Below are positions 19,490 to 28,792 of a DNA stretch of 64,000 nucleotides, piece after piece. Source of the stretch: Dehalococcoidia bacterium (GTDB taxonomy: Bacteria > Chloroflexota > Dehalococcoidia > Plut-88900); the NCBI GenBank assembly GCA_965197645.1, contig OZ240219.1, forward strand, positions 1,408,001 to 1,472,000, read 5' to 3'. The notes beneath the pieces are model-generated. The model worked only from the letters and a program-made list of their open reading frames with translations. It did no database searches and was not told the DNA's origin. Each line of letters opens with the position of its first letter. The stretch's first letter is position 1. The position numbers were made by a program, and so were the translations under genes.

Positions 19490-19523
19490 GTCGACCTCCC
19501 GGAAGGAAAGATTTCGGAGAGGG

Positions 19524-20300
19524 TTACCTTACCACACCCTCGAGGGGGCTGCTAGCGGAGGCGTAGGCCTTCTTCGGTATCCGGCCGGCCAGGAAGGCGT
19601 TCCTTCCGGCCCGCACTCCCCCGGCGATCGCTTCCGCCATCAGGGGAGGGTCGCCCGCCTGGGCTATTGCGGTGTTTACCAGGCAAGCGTCGGCGCCGAT
19701 CTCCATGGAAAGGGCGGCGTCGGACGGGGCGCCGATGCCTGCATCGACGACGACGGGGACGGTCGCCTGCTCGACAATGATCTTGATCTGCTCGAAGTTG
19801 ATCATCCCCTGCCCGGACCCGATGGGCGACGCCAAGGGCATGACCGTAGCACAGCCGATCTCTTCCAGCTGGGAGGCGAGGACAGGGTCGTCGTTGATGT
19901 AGGGAAGGACGGTGAAGCCCTCCTTGACCAGGGTCTTGGCGGCATCCAATGTGCCGATGGGATCGGGGAGCAGGTACTTGGCATCGGGGATGACCTCCAG
20001 CTTGACCAAGTCGGAGAGGCCCATGGCTCGTGCCAAGCGAGCCGTGTGCACCGCCTCTTCGGCGGTCCGGGCGCCGGCGGTGTTGGGCAGGATGGTGTAC
20101 TTAGTCCAGTCGATGAAGTCCAGGAGGCTCTTCTTGGAGGGGTCATCAAGGTCGAGTCGGCGCAGGGCCACGGTGATCATCTCGGCGCCTGCAGCCTCAA
20201 AGGCGGCGTTCATGTCGTCGTAGTTTCGGTACTTGCCGGTGCCCAGGATCAGGCGGGACTTGAAGGTCTTGTCACCTATGACCAGATCGTCGTTGCTCAA
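19524..20300 (-). CDS. thiG: Thiazole synthase ThiG
   Basis: [43 protein letters not shown]. Confidence 0.97.
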   Translation of the reverse strand: MSNDDLVIGDKTFKSRLILGTGKYRNYDDMNAAFEAAGAEMITVALRRLDLDDPSKKSLLDFIDWTKYTILPNTAGARTAEEAVHTARLARAMGLSDLVKLEVIPDAKYLLPDPIGTLDAAKTLVKEGFTVLPYINDDPVLASQLEEIGCATVMPLASPIGSGQGMINFEQIKIIVEQATVPVVVDAGIGAPSDAALSMEIGADACLVNTAIAQAGDPPLMAEAIAGGVRAGRNAFLAGRIPKKAYASASSPLEGVVR

Positions 20301-20353
20301 TGTTCTCTCCCTCGCCTGTGTCAGTATCTCTTCTGTACATCAGAGACCCGGAT

Positions 20354-20387
20354 AAAATCAAGAGGCCGCCTCAGGGAAGCGGCCTCT
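20354..20387 (-). terminator. Putative terminator hairpin of the TPP riboswitch expression platform
   Basis: AGAGGCCGC/GCGGCCTCT stem followed on the minus strand by TGATTTAT, between the aptamer and thiG. Confidence 0.55.
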
Positions 20388-20394
20388 GTAACAG

Positions 20395-20497
20395 CAGTTC
20401 CGTTCCCTCCGCTGGCATTATCCAGATCAGGTCCGTGGGGTCGGTAAAATCGTGGGTCTACCCTCTCAGCCCGGCTCTCCGAGCTCCCCGTGATACT
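20395..20497 (-). promoter_or_regulatory. TPP riboswitch (THI element)
   Basis: Minus strand reads GGGGAGC...GGGCTGAGAGGG...GACCC...ACCTGATCTGGATAATGCCAGCGGAGGGAA, upstream of thiG. Confidence 0.95.
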
Positions 20498-20527
20498 GAC
20501 GACTATTCGTTTTTCCTTACGAGTTCC

Positions 20528-20556
20528 AGTCTACAGAGGGCAGGTGGGAGTGTCAA
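20528..20556 (-). promoter_or_regulatory. Sigma70-type promoter of the thi operon
   Basis: TTGACA-17 nt-TAGACT on the minus strand. Confidence 0.7.
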
Positions 20557-20718
20557 GGCAAAGTCGGATGTAAGGGAAGCGCAGATCCTACGTCGAGCAT
20601 TTGATTTGGCATTAGGCGCTGCCTTGCAAGAAGGTCAGTCCTCAAAGTGTCCGGGCGCCTCGCGATGCGCCAAGTCGATCCGGCTGGTTTTGCCCAAGGC
20701 GGTGATACAGGTCTTGGC

Positions 20719-21063
20719 TTATTGTGGCAAGTTTACCGCAACTTCACTGTCTGCTGGAATCTGATGCGAAGCCAGAGGCCTGTAGTGCAAGTGAAGAAAC
20801 CGCTCGACCCGCCGCATGTACTCGCGGTCAACTCTTGCCCACGAGACCAAAAGCATACCCTCACCTCGGTGATTTAGAATTTCGGGATTGCCCCGATGGT
20901 ATTCCAGCCGGGGTCGAATCGTGCCGCTTCCACCATAGATAACGCGTTGTGACGTGTTTTGCCAAATGAGATAGACACCCTGTAGGCCGGGCGGAATAAT
21001 GCCAGTGTCGAGCGTTTCCAGGTGGTGAAACAACTCCCCGTTCTTGACCCACTCAACTTGCAT
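20719..21063 (-). CDS. Small GIY-YIG-like domain protein
   Basis: GVYLIW-x6-VIYGGSG-x-IRPRLEYH and a later VERFL helix resemble GIY...YIG...R...E. Confidence 0.55.
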   Translation of the reverse strand: MQVEWVKNGELFHHLETLDTGIIPPGLQGVYLIWQNTSQRVIYGGSGTIRPRLEYHRGNPEILNHRGEGMLLVSWARVDREYMRRVERFLHLHYRPLASHQIPADSEVAVNLPQ

Positions 21064-21463
21064 CGGTAGGCTCCGCGGGAGGGGAGTCTACTACTGGCAT
21101 GGGGGCCTGGTCAGGCAGGAGACGAGCTACCAGGTAACGCACAAGTGGCCGCTCTTCCTCAATCTCGTCCCGCTCCATGAAGCTGTTGTAGAAGTTGGCG
21201 TGTAACTTCTCGGCAGCCTTGTATGCAAGCAGAATGCGAGGGTCTTCGACTTCTTCGGCTAACTGGTGCGCAGCGTGACGGATCGCCGTCGTCGTCCCGT
21301 TCGACCAGTCGCGTACCAAGCTAGCATACTTCAACGTGTGCCGCGCCGCTCCCCAAAGTTTCTCGCACGCCTGCAAGATGTCGCCTTCCTCGAATTCCTT
21401 GTCTGACGCTTCCAAAAATCGGCGTGCGATGAGCGCATGTTGTTCGGCGTCCGGTGAGGTCAT
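21053..21463 (-). CDS. PaREP1-family (HEPN-superfamily) protein
   Basis: ARRFLEAS.KEFEEGDILQACEKLWGAA...LHANFY signature; start set at ATG 21463. Confidence 0.75.
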   Translation of the reverse strand: MTSPDAEQHALIARRFLEASDKEFEEGDILQACEKLWGAARHTLKYASLVRDWSNGTTTAIRHAAHQLAEEVEDPRILLAYKAAEKLHANFYNSFMERDEIEEERPLVRYLVARLLPDQAPMPVVDSPPAEPTDAS

Positions 21464-21847
21464 TTCCAAGCCAAGAGGTTGTTTAGTCTGCTGTTGCCGG
21501 TGAGTAGATCGCACTTCGTCGGCCTCCCGACCGGAGTGTATGCTCAAACCTCTTGAGATCCAACAAGCCGCACGCGTCGTCGGTCCCTAGTTCAAGCAAG
21601 CTTGACTATCTTGCACACCTACGGGAATGGAGAGAGTGATACTGACATTGTACAGATTAGAGCATAACCCTGCCATCCTACTGAGTTTGCCCCCGGTTTT
21701 CGGTAGCGATGCCAACGAATTGCTCCACGTATGGTGCCTCGCCCATCGGGAAAGCGACGGTTCACTTGTCCAGCTAGACACTGCGGAAGCTGGGGTGCTA
21801 CTATGACTTCCTGTATGAGGCTACCGTAGCTAGGGGAGGAGCAGCTC

Positions 21848-22660
21848 ATGAGTACAAACGGACCCCGCCGCGTTCACGTAATCACCGGGGGCTTCCCGCC
21901 TGGAGAGCTGGCAGGGCACGATATGGACTACACTCGGCTCCGGCTGCTCCAGATGGCCGACGAACTGGGCCTGCGGGCCACGGTGGCCAGCGATTTTACC
22001 GAGGTCCAGAAATGGCTCCCGCTCAGCAAGCTGATGATCACCTACCTGGCAGGGCCCTTCCTCAACGACGAGCAGAACGAGTTCGTGCGGAAGTGGCTCG
22101 CCGATGGGGGTCGTTGGCTTGCCCTGCACGGGTCCAGCGGTGGGAAGGCGAAAAGGGTGGAGGGCAGCGAAAACCGGCAGATGGTCAAGACCAGCCACCA
22201 CGATACTCTGGGCGGATTCTTCATCTCCCACCCGCCTATGCTCAAGTTTAGGGTAGCCGTATCCGATGGAGACGACGTGCTCACCAGGGACCTTCCGGCA
22301 TCCTTCGAGATAACCGACGAACCGTACATGGTCGAAATTCAGCATCCATCGGATACTCGGGTCCTTCTTACCTCGGAGCTGGGTCCCGACAACTCAGGCT
22401 ACGGGTTCCACTATGAGAAGGATACCTCTCTCCAGCCGGACGGTAAGACCCGGGTGCTGGGTTACACTCGTGACATGGGGAAGGGCGGCGTGACCTACAT
22501 AGCCCTCGGGCACTGTCATTCGCCGGCGAGCAACAGCCAGACGACGGTCGACGACAACGTCGATGCCGAAGGGGCGGTGCCCTTGAAGTTCAGGGGACCC
22601 TGGGAGACGGACGCCTACGTCCAGCTGCTGAGAAACGCCATAGAGTGGGGAGTCAATTAG
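21848..22660 (+). CDS. ThuA-like (class I glutamine amidotransferase-like) domain protein
   Basis: GGRWLALHG, FEITDEPY, GKGGVTYIALGH, LLRNAIEW. Confidence 0.8.
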   Translation: MSTNGPRRVHVITGGFPPGELAGHDMDYTRLRLLQMADELGLRATVASDFTEVQKWLPLSKLMITYLAGPFLNDEQNEFVRKWLADGGRWLALHGSSGGKAKRVEGSENRQMVKTSHHDTLGGFFISHPPMLKFRVAVSDGDDVLTRDLPASFEITDEPYMVEIQHPSDTRVLLTSELGPDNSGYGFHYEKDTSLQPDGKTRVLGYTRDMGKGGVTYIALGHCHSPASNSQTTVDDNVDAEGAVPLKFRGPWETDAYVQLLRNAIEWGVN

Positions 22661-22662
22661 GC

Positions 22663-22796
22663 TGTCTCAGAACCCTGCTTTGAGGGAGTCCAGAGGGAAA
22701 CTTCCCTCTGGCAGGGGGCCTGGGGGGATGTTCCCCCAGCCACAAAACCTTCCGAGGGCGGGCGGTTGGGACTAAGACGTCCGTACTTTTGAGACA
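22663..22796 (+). repeat. 134-bp MITE-like repeat, copy B (best-preserved ends)
   Basis: Terminal inverted repeat TGTCTCAGAA...TTTTGAGACA; internal hairpins CCAGAGGGAA/TTCCCTCTGG and CTGGGGG/CCCCCAG. Confidence 0.88.
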
Positions 22797-22847
22797 AGCT
22801 CAAATTAGGCTGTTTAGTTCGCTTTAGCCGGACAATGGAGGCAGGTC

Positions 22848-23981
22848 ATGAAGAACGGTTTCAAGGTCATCGACGGCGACGGCCACATGCAGGAGCCCAT
22901 GGACATATGGGAGAAGTACACCGAGCCGGCCTACATAGACCGGATTCCCAAAGTCAACGCGCACCAGGGCCGGTCCCTGTTTGGCTACGCTCCCTGCGAG
23001 GCCTTTCCCAAGGGACAGGACCTCTTCTACGAAGACTCGGTGTTCACCACCATGGAGGAGCGCTACGGCGATGCCTATAGGAGCTGGTGGAGCCTGCCAA
23101 CCAGGCTCGATCACATGGACGAAGAGGGGGTGGACGTGCAGGTCTGCTTCCCCACCAACGGCAGCGTGGCCACGGGACAGGGTATGAAGGACTACAAGCT
23201 GCAGGCGGCCCTGTGCAGGGCCTACAACAACTGGTCTGCCGACTTCTGCCGCGACTCCAACGGCCGGGTCCTTTACGTAGCACAGATCGCTTTGAAGGAC
23301 ATCGACGAAGCGGTCTCGGAGGTAAACCGGGTGGCCAAGCACCCGCAGGCGGCGGCGATAATGCTGATGGGCTTTGGGGACGACGGCGCCGGTCAGCACT
23401 GGTCGGACGAAGATTTCAGCCCGCTGTGGGAAGTGATTCACGAGCATGACACTACCGCGGCCTTTCACGGCGGCGGCGCTCAGCAGAGGCTCTTCGGGGA
23501 CTACACCGGCAAGCTCTACTCGGTCAGCCACGCCATCTCATTTCCCGTGGACTGCATGTTGTCCATCGGCGATCTGATCTTCGGAGACGTGTTGGATAAG
23601 TTTCCGGGGATGCGCTGCGGCTTCTACGAGGCCAACGCCGGCTGGCTTCCCTTTTGGCTGTCTCGAATGGACGACCACGGAGAGGAGAGGCGCCAGGGGG
23701 TGTTCCTACAAGGGCACAGCATGCCGCTGAAGCCCAGCGAGTACTTCAAGCGACAGTGTTTCGTGGCCTGCGACCCGGACGAGGGCACCCTGCCTTACGT
23801 CGCCGAGACGCTGGAGGGCACCAACATAGTCTTCAATACCGACTATCCCCACCCGGATGCCCCCTTCCCGGGCGCCGTAGACATGTTCCTGGAGCAACCT
23901 CTAAACGACGATGCGCGGAGGATGATACTGTGGGACAACTCGGTGGCCCTCTACGGCGAGCGGGTGCGGGGCCGGAACTGA
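22848..23981 (+). CDS. Amidohydrolase_2 family protein
   Basis: VIDGDGH..EP, AYNNW, FH, EANAGWLP, TDYPHPD. Confidence 0.88.
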   Translation: MKNGFKVIDGDGHMQEPMDIWEKYTEPAYIDRIPKVNAHQGRSLFGYAPCEAFPKGQDLFYEDSVFTTMEERYGDAYRSWWSLPTRLDHMDEEGVDVQVCFPTNGSVATGQGMKDYKLQAALCRAYNNWSADFCRDSNGRVLYVAQIALKDIDEAVSEVNRVAKHPQAAAIMLMGFGDDGAGQHWSDEDFSPLWEVIHEHDTTAAFHGGGAQQRLFGDYTGKLYSVSHAISFPVDCMLSIGDLIFGDVLDKFPGMRCGFYEANAGWLPFWLSRMDDHGEERRQGVFLQGHSMPLKPSEYFKRQCFVACDPDEGTLPYVAETLEGTNIVFNTDYPHPDAPFPGAVDMFLEQPLNDDARRMILWDNSVALYGERVRGRN

Positions 23982-24115
23982 TCGGAGCCGAGTACCCGGT
24001 GTAAAACGAACGCTGGGTGTGGGAAGCCTACGGATGCAATCCGGGGCGGGTGAGGGCGTAAACCAGCTTGGGTAGGGTGGGCATAGGTCCGAGACGCCAA
24101 CTCCTTCGCCCAGTC

Positions 24116-24658
24116 CTATTCGCCCTCCACGTCTCTAGCTTTCCGGGCGCCCCTGATCTGCTGCTCAAGGTTCTCCCTGTCCACGCCATTGGCCACGGCC
24201 AGCTCCACGTCTTTCGACGCCTGGGTGTCCAGTCCTAGCATGGTATAGGTGAAGGCCCGGTTGGCGTAGACGGCGCCGTTCTCGGGGGCGAGGATGATCG
24301 CCTGGGAGAGGTCCTGCAGGGCTTCCTGGAACCGGCCCAGCTTGTTGTAGGTGATACCGCGATTGTAGTAGGCACCGGCCAGGTTCGGGTCCAGACGAAT
24401 GGCCTCGGCAAAATCCTCCAGCGCCCTGGTGAAGTTGCCCTCGCTGGCGAAATCGATACCTTGGGAAACGAGCTCCTCGGCGTTCTCGGCCAGCGGCGTG
24501 GCGACCGGTTCGTCGGAAGTGTCACCCCCTCGAACCAGGGCAAAGAGCACTAGACCGCACGACCCAACGAACGTCAGGAGTATAACGAGGCTTCCGATGA
24601 CGTACAGGGGCTTCCAAGCCGCCGGACGCCAGGCCTTTATAGGCTCTTTCTTCTCCAC
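24116..24658 (-). CDS. Membrane-anchored TPR protein
   Basis: N-terminal TM segment, TPR repeats (AIRLDPNLAGAYYNRG, AIILAPENGAVYANRA). Confidence 0.85.
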   Translation of the reverse strand: MEKKEPIKAWRPAAWKPLYVIGSLVILLTFVGSCGLVLFALVRGGDTSDEPVATPLAENAEELVSQGIDFASEGNFTRALEDFAEAIRLDPNLAGAYYNRGITYNKLGRFQEALQDLSQAIILAPENGAVYANRAFTYTMLGLDTQASKDVELAVANGVDRENLEQQIRGARKARDVEGE

Positions 24659-24758
24659 GCCTACCTACGGTTTCGATGCAGATGAGTATGTGGAGAGACT
24701 TCGGACGGCAACGGCCCCTTGAGTAGACAAAGATGGAATGGTAGGAAGGCGGGGGACG

Positions 24759-25985
24759 TTAGATCACCTTGTCCGCTTTGAGGATGGCGATATCCTCTCC
24801 ATCCAGGTCCAGGATCTCCCGCAGGACGTCTTCTGTGTGCTGACCCAGCAGAGGGGGAGCAAAGTAATCGGGTTCCGAGCCGGAGAGCTTGATAGGGTCT
24901 CCCGGGAACACTATCTCGCCTCTGTCAGGATGTTCCACGCTGACGATCATGCCCCGTTCCAGGAGATGGGGGTCGGTGTGAATGTCCTCGGGGTTGAGGA
25001 GGGCGCCACAGGGAATGCCGATCTCGCCGACCATCTTCATCACCTCGTGCTTGGTGTGGCCGGCGGCCCAGCCTTCGATGAGCTCGTACACCTCGTCCCG
25101 GTTCTCGGTCCTGGCCTCGGGTTCGCTGTAGCGAAGGTCGTCTATCAGGTCGTCCCGGCCCATCACTCTGAGCAGGTTGTCCCACATGCCGTCTCCGATG
25201 ACGGTGCTGACATAGATGTAAACGTAGTCGTCGGGGCCGCCCTCGCCGCACTTGAACAGGTCCGCCGGAACGATGTTGCCAGTGGAAGTGCCCCTTCGGT
25301 CGGGCGAGAGCCCGGTGTGATAGTAGGTCTGCATCATCACCCGGGAGAAATTGACCATCGCTTCCTGCATGGATACCTCCACCACCTGGCCCCTGCCCGT
25401 CTTCTCTCGTTGCCAGAGCGCAGCCATGATACCGAGGGCGGCATGATATCCGGTGCCGATGTCCCCTACGGTAATGCCGGCGAGCAACGGCTTTCCACCG
25501 GGATGTCCTGTCATGGCAACGGTCCCGCCGGTGGTCTGGGCGATCATATCGAAGCTCTTGTAGCCGCTGTAGGGCCCGTAGGTGCCGAAGCCCTTGACGC
25601 GGGCCAGGATGATGGCCGGATTTACCTCGGACAGCGCTTCGTAGCCAAGGCCGAGCCGTTCCAGTGTGCCCGGGCCCAGGTTCTCGGCGACCACGTCCCC
25701 CTTCTTGACCAGGTCGAAGAAGATCTCCTTGCCCCGCTCGGTCTTGAGGTTGAGGTTGATGCTGCGCTTGTTGGCGTTGAGGAGCAGGAAGTAGTAGCTG
25801 TCCTGGTCGGTGATCTCCCGGCCGGCGCGCCGGCCCGGGTCGCCTCTGCCGGGGGCCTCCACCTTGATGACGTCGGCGCCAAGCCAAGCGAGGGCCTGGG
25901 TGGCCGTGGTGCCGGCCTCGAACTGGGTGAGATCGATGATCCGCAGTCCCTCTAAGGGACGTTCCTTGTGCCCGTTGCGGTCCAT
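24759..25985 (-). CDS. Family III CoA-transferase (formyl-CoA transferase-like)
   Basis: QFEAG, LAWLGADVIKVE, YFLLLNANKRS, VGDIGTG (catalytic Asp). Confidence 0.9.
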   Translation of the reverse strand: MDRNGHKERPLEGLRIIDLTQFEAGTTATQALAWLGADVIKVEAPGRGDPGRRAGREITDQDSYYFLLLNANKRSINLNLKTERGKEIFFDLVKKGDVVAENLGPGTLERLGLGYEALSEVNPAIILARVKGFGTYGPYSGYKSFDMIAQTTGGTVAMTGHPGGKPLLAGITVGDIGTGYHAALGIMAALWQREKTGRGQVVEVSMQEAMVNFSRVMMQTYYHTGLSPDRRGTSTGNIVPADLFKCGEGGPDDYVYIYVSTVIGDGMWDNLLRVMGRDDLIDDLRYSEPEARTENRDEVYELIEGWAAGHTKHEVMKMVGEIGIPCGALLNPEDIHTDPHLLERGMIVSVEHPDRGEIVFPGDPIKLSGSEPDYFAPPLLGQHTEDVLREILDLDGEDIAILKADKVI

Positions 25986-26087
25986 TGCTCCGTCCTTCGT
26001 GTTGCGATTAGGGAGCCATTATACCTAGGGGCCTCTACTGGATTGCCCCCGCTTTCAATCATACTCCAGCTTGTAAAGGGTCAAGTT

Positions 26088-26480
26088 GGGCAGGATTGCC
26101 GCGCCTTGACTTCGTCGGGTCTCGCAATGACGGGGATACGGATTCAAATGTTACTCTCTCTTCTATCATGTTATGGGTGCAGGGCCTGCCCTGCCTCTGG
26201 CAGGGGGCCTGGGGGATGTGCCCCCAGATATTTAACGTCCCAGGGTGGGTGGGAGGGGAAAACTTTTTCGCGACCATCCCCCTATCCCCCTTCCTAGCCA
26301 GGAAGGGGGCTGAAGAAGAGATTATTTCTGAGGGACACCCTCAGACTCCCGGCCTCCAGCAGGCAGTCTCAGAAGAATTTGCTTCGCCCCTCTGTACACT
26401 CCGCGTTCAATCAGCCCCCTGGGGTGCGGGGAGCCGTCGGGATGCGATCCGGGGCGGGTGCGAGGGAAACTTCTGCCACT
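26088..26480. repeat. Mosaic cluster of several palindromic repeat types
   Basis: GATTGCCGCG...CTCGCAATGACG; partial MITE core CTCTGGCAGGGGGCCTGGGGGATGTGCCCCCAG; CCCCCTTCCT/AGGAAGGGGG; CTGAGGG/CCCTCAG; GGATGCGATCCGGGGCGGGTG (near-identical copy at ~24031). Confidence 0.7.
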
Positions 26481-26492
26481 GTGGGACGATCT

Positions 26493-27656
26493 CTAGGAGA
26501 CTTTATGGATGGTGCGCGGCAGCCCGCTCAGCGCCTCACACCCGTTCTCCGTAACCAGTACCGTCTCGCTGACCCCAACCCCATACTGCCCCTTCTCGAA
26601 CAGGATGACCGGCATATGGAAGGTCATACCAGGCTCGAGGACGTCGGCTGAGTCCGGCTCCAGGCTCAGGTTCCCACGATCGGCCCACATGATGCCGTTC
26701 TGGTAGCCTGTGCGGTGACGGAACACCTCGGAGCGGCCCGCTCCCTCGACGACATTTCGGCAGGCTGCGTCCACGTCGCCGGTGGTTGCACCCGGATGTA
26801 TGGCGTCGATAGCTGCCTGGAGGGCTTCTTCGGAGAGAGCGTGGAGCGATTCGGCGCCAGGATGGCTGCCTAGGACGGCAGACCGGCAGATGCCGCTGGC
26901 ATAGCCGTTCTCCCATCCGCCCAGCTCTGCAAACACAGGCTGATCACGGTCCAGCCGGTAGGACGTGGGGCGACCGTGAGGTAGAGCGGTGCGCGGCCCG
27001 AACAGCAGCGTGTAGGGACGTATCTGGCCACCGGCCTTCTCGACGGCACTGTTGATCTCCTGGGCGACCTCCGCCTCTGATACTCCCTCTCGCAACGATC
27101 GATGAAGGGTGTCGATGGCAACGCGGGTGAATGTAGTCGCCCGGCGCATCACCTCTATCTCAACGTCGCTCTTGACCGCGGCAACGGAGGGAACGACCCG
27201 AGTTGCGTCGACGATCTTCAAATCGGGGAGTTCGGCCTGCAGCCGGGCTACGTCCCACGGTGCCAGGTTCCAGCAGCCCAGCTCCAGTCCCAATCGTGCT
27301 CTCTCCAGACCGAATCGACGCAGCACATCGGCGACAGCCGGCGCCTGGTCTCCCTCCTGCCGGTAGGGTACGACATCCGATATGCAGCTCTCCGTTCTGA
27401 CCGCATCTTCGTCGTACTCCCGGACCACATAGGTCGGAGGATGGCCGGCGGCGAGAATCAATGGGAACGGAGCGAAGTAGCCGCCTGATCCGTTATAGCC
27501 CGATAAGTACTCCTGGTGGCTGTTGGCGGTGACGGCCAGAACGTCCACGCCAGCATTTTCCATCTTGTCGAGCACGGCGGCCTGCCGGCGTTCGTACTCT
27601 TCCTTCGAGAAGGGAACGCCGGTCATCGGGACCGAACCGGTGGTGACGGTAGCCAT
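26493..27656 (-). CDS. M24-fold hydrolase, creatinase/ectoine hydrolase (DoeA/EutD)-like
   Basis: FSKEEYERR, YLSGY, VKSDVEIE, HRTGY, LEPGMTFH, VSETVLVTE. Confidence 0.8.
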   Translation of the reverse strand: MATVTTGSVPMTGVPFSKEEYERRQAAVLDKMENAGVDVLAVTANSHQEYLSGYNGSGGYFAPFPLILAAGHPPTYVVREYDEDAVRTESCISDVVPYRQEGDQAPAVADVLRRFGLERARLGLELGCWNLAPWDVARLQAELPDLKIVDATRVVPSVAAVKSDVEIEVMRRATTFTRVAIDTLHRSLREGVSEAEVAQEINSAVEKAGGQIRPYTLLFGPRTALPHGRPTSYRLDRDQPVFAELGGWENGYASGICRSAVLGSHPGAESLHALSEEALQAAIDAIHPGATTGDVDAACRNVVEGAGRSEVFRHRTGYQNGIMWADRGNLSLEPDSADVLEPGMTFHMPVILFEKGQYGVGVSETVLVTENGCEALSGLPRTIHKVS

Positions 27657-27727
27657 TGGCTGCCTGCTGCTAAGTGTTTGGGATTTATCGAGGTATCAGT
27701 CTCGGAGAGGTCCCATCTACGAGGCCC

Positions 27728-27780
27728 TTTCAGAACCCAGCATTGAGGGAGTCTGAACGGTCTCTTTCCATTGAAGGCAG
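27728..27780 (+). repeat. Truncated left arm of the 134-bp MITE-like repeat
   Basis: TTTCAGAACCCAGCATTGAGGGAGTCTGAACGG resembles copy B TCTCAGAACCCTGCTTTGAGGGAGTCCAGAGGG. Confidence 0.55.
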
Positions 27781-27832
27781 GTCACGAGACGCTGGAACTT
27801 CGTCTTCCGCGCCTGACCGATTGCAGGAGGGA

Positions 27833-28198
27833 CTAGTACTCTTCGCCGGGCTCGGGCAGGATCTCGCCGTTTTCCATGAACCAGGACGCCGGGGTCTCCT
27901 CGATTCTTCCGCCAATCTGGTCGGCAGGCACGCCTGCTATCTCCCGGAAGGCGCCGATCAGCTCATCCAGGATCTGCTGTCTGATCTCCGGCGGCCGCCC
28001 TGCCCGATTGTCTCCGTCGATGTAGTACGGAGTGGTATAGGGAGAACCGTTGGGTGGATTGTCGAAATACAGTACGTGGACGAAATCGCGGGGCGCTCCC
28101 GTAATGCCGCAGTGAACGTCGGTAAACGCCTCGGCTATCTTCGGTCGAACATCCAACGCGACCGATCCTTCGGGGATGAAACAGCGGTACAGTGGCAT
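27833..28198 (-). CDS. Tautomerase superfamily, cis-3-chloroacrylic acid dehalogenase (cis-CaaD)-like
   Basis: Pro-1 (MPLY), TDVH.GITG, NRAGR, MENGEILPEPG match the cis-CaaD layout. Confidence 0.8.
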   Translation of the reverse strand: MPLYRCFIPEGSVALDVRPKIAEAFTDVHCGITGAPRDFVHVLYFDNPPNGSPYTTPYYIDGDNRAGRPPEIRQQILDELIGAFREIAGVPADQIGGRIEETPASWFMENGEILPEPGEEY

Positions 28199-28223
28199 GA
28201 TATCTCTCCCTTCAGCCGGACTG

Positions 28224-28562
28224 CTATCCCGAGTCCTTGCGGTCCACAGCCGATATGACGAGGTCATGAGTCGAGCAACCGGTTATCTCGCACCACATGG
28301 CCTCGACCTGCCTCATTAGCTTCGTTCTCAACTCCGGCGTGCATCCCGGCGGGATAGTACCCCCCACCAGGGACGTAGTAGAAGGCTCGCTGGCCCTGAA
28401 CCCGGAGCCCTTGGGTATATCCGTGTACTGGACCGTTACGGAGTCCAGGGGTTCGTTCAGCAAGGTGGAGCTGATGCGAGCCAATTCGGCCGTCAGATCG
28501 GGCCGTAAATCCTGGGGAACACATCCCTCTTGAACGATGCACTCGAACTCTATCATCGGCAC
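28224..28562 (-). CDS. Divergent tautomerase-superfamily protein
   Basis: Similar length and beta-alpha-beta pattern to the neighbouring gene (CIVQEG vs CFIPEG, LRP vs VRP); start codon uncertain. Confidence 0.6.
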   Translation of the reverse strand: MPMIEFECIVQEGCVPQDLRPDLTAELARISSTLLNEPLDSVTVQYTDIPKGSGFRASEPSTTSLVGGTIPPGCTPELRTKLMRQVEAMWCEITGCSTHDLVISAVDRKDSG

Positions 28563-28792
28563 TCTTGACGACGAACTATTTGAGGGACTCTAAGACCGGT
28601 TTTTGGGGCATGAAGATTCTAACACCCTCGGATGGTGTGGACAATTGAAGCATCCTCAAACAGAGCACTAGGATAAGCGGAGGCGGAGGCGGGATATCCT
28701 GTGGCGGGCTGGCATCTCCCCACGTCAAGCCACGACAGCGGTCATCATGGTCGGATAGACTACATAGTAACTTTATCGATGAGGACGTAGAA

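Noticed and set aside
21627-21806. 59-aa plus-strand ORF (MERVILTLYRL...)
   Set aside because: No clear RBS, atypical codons, no motif; cannot be supported
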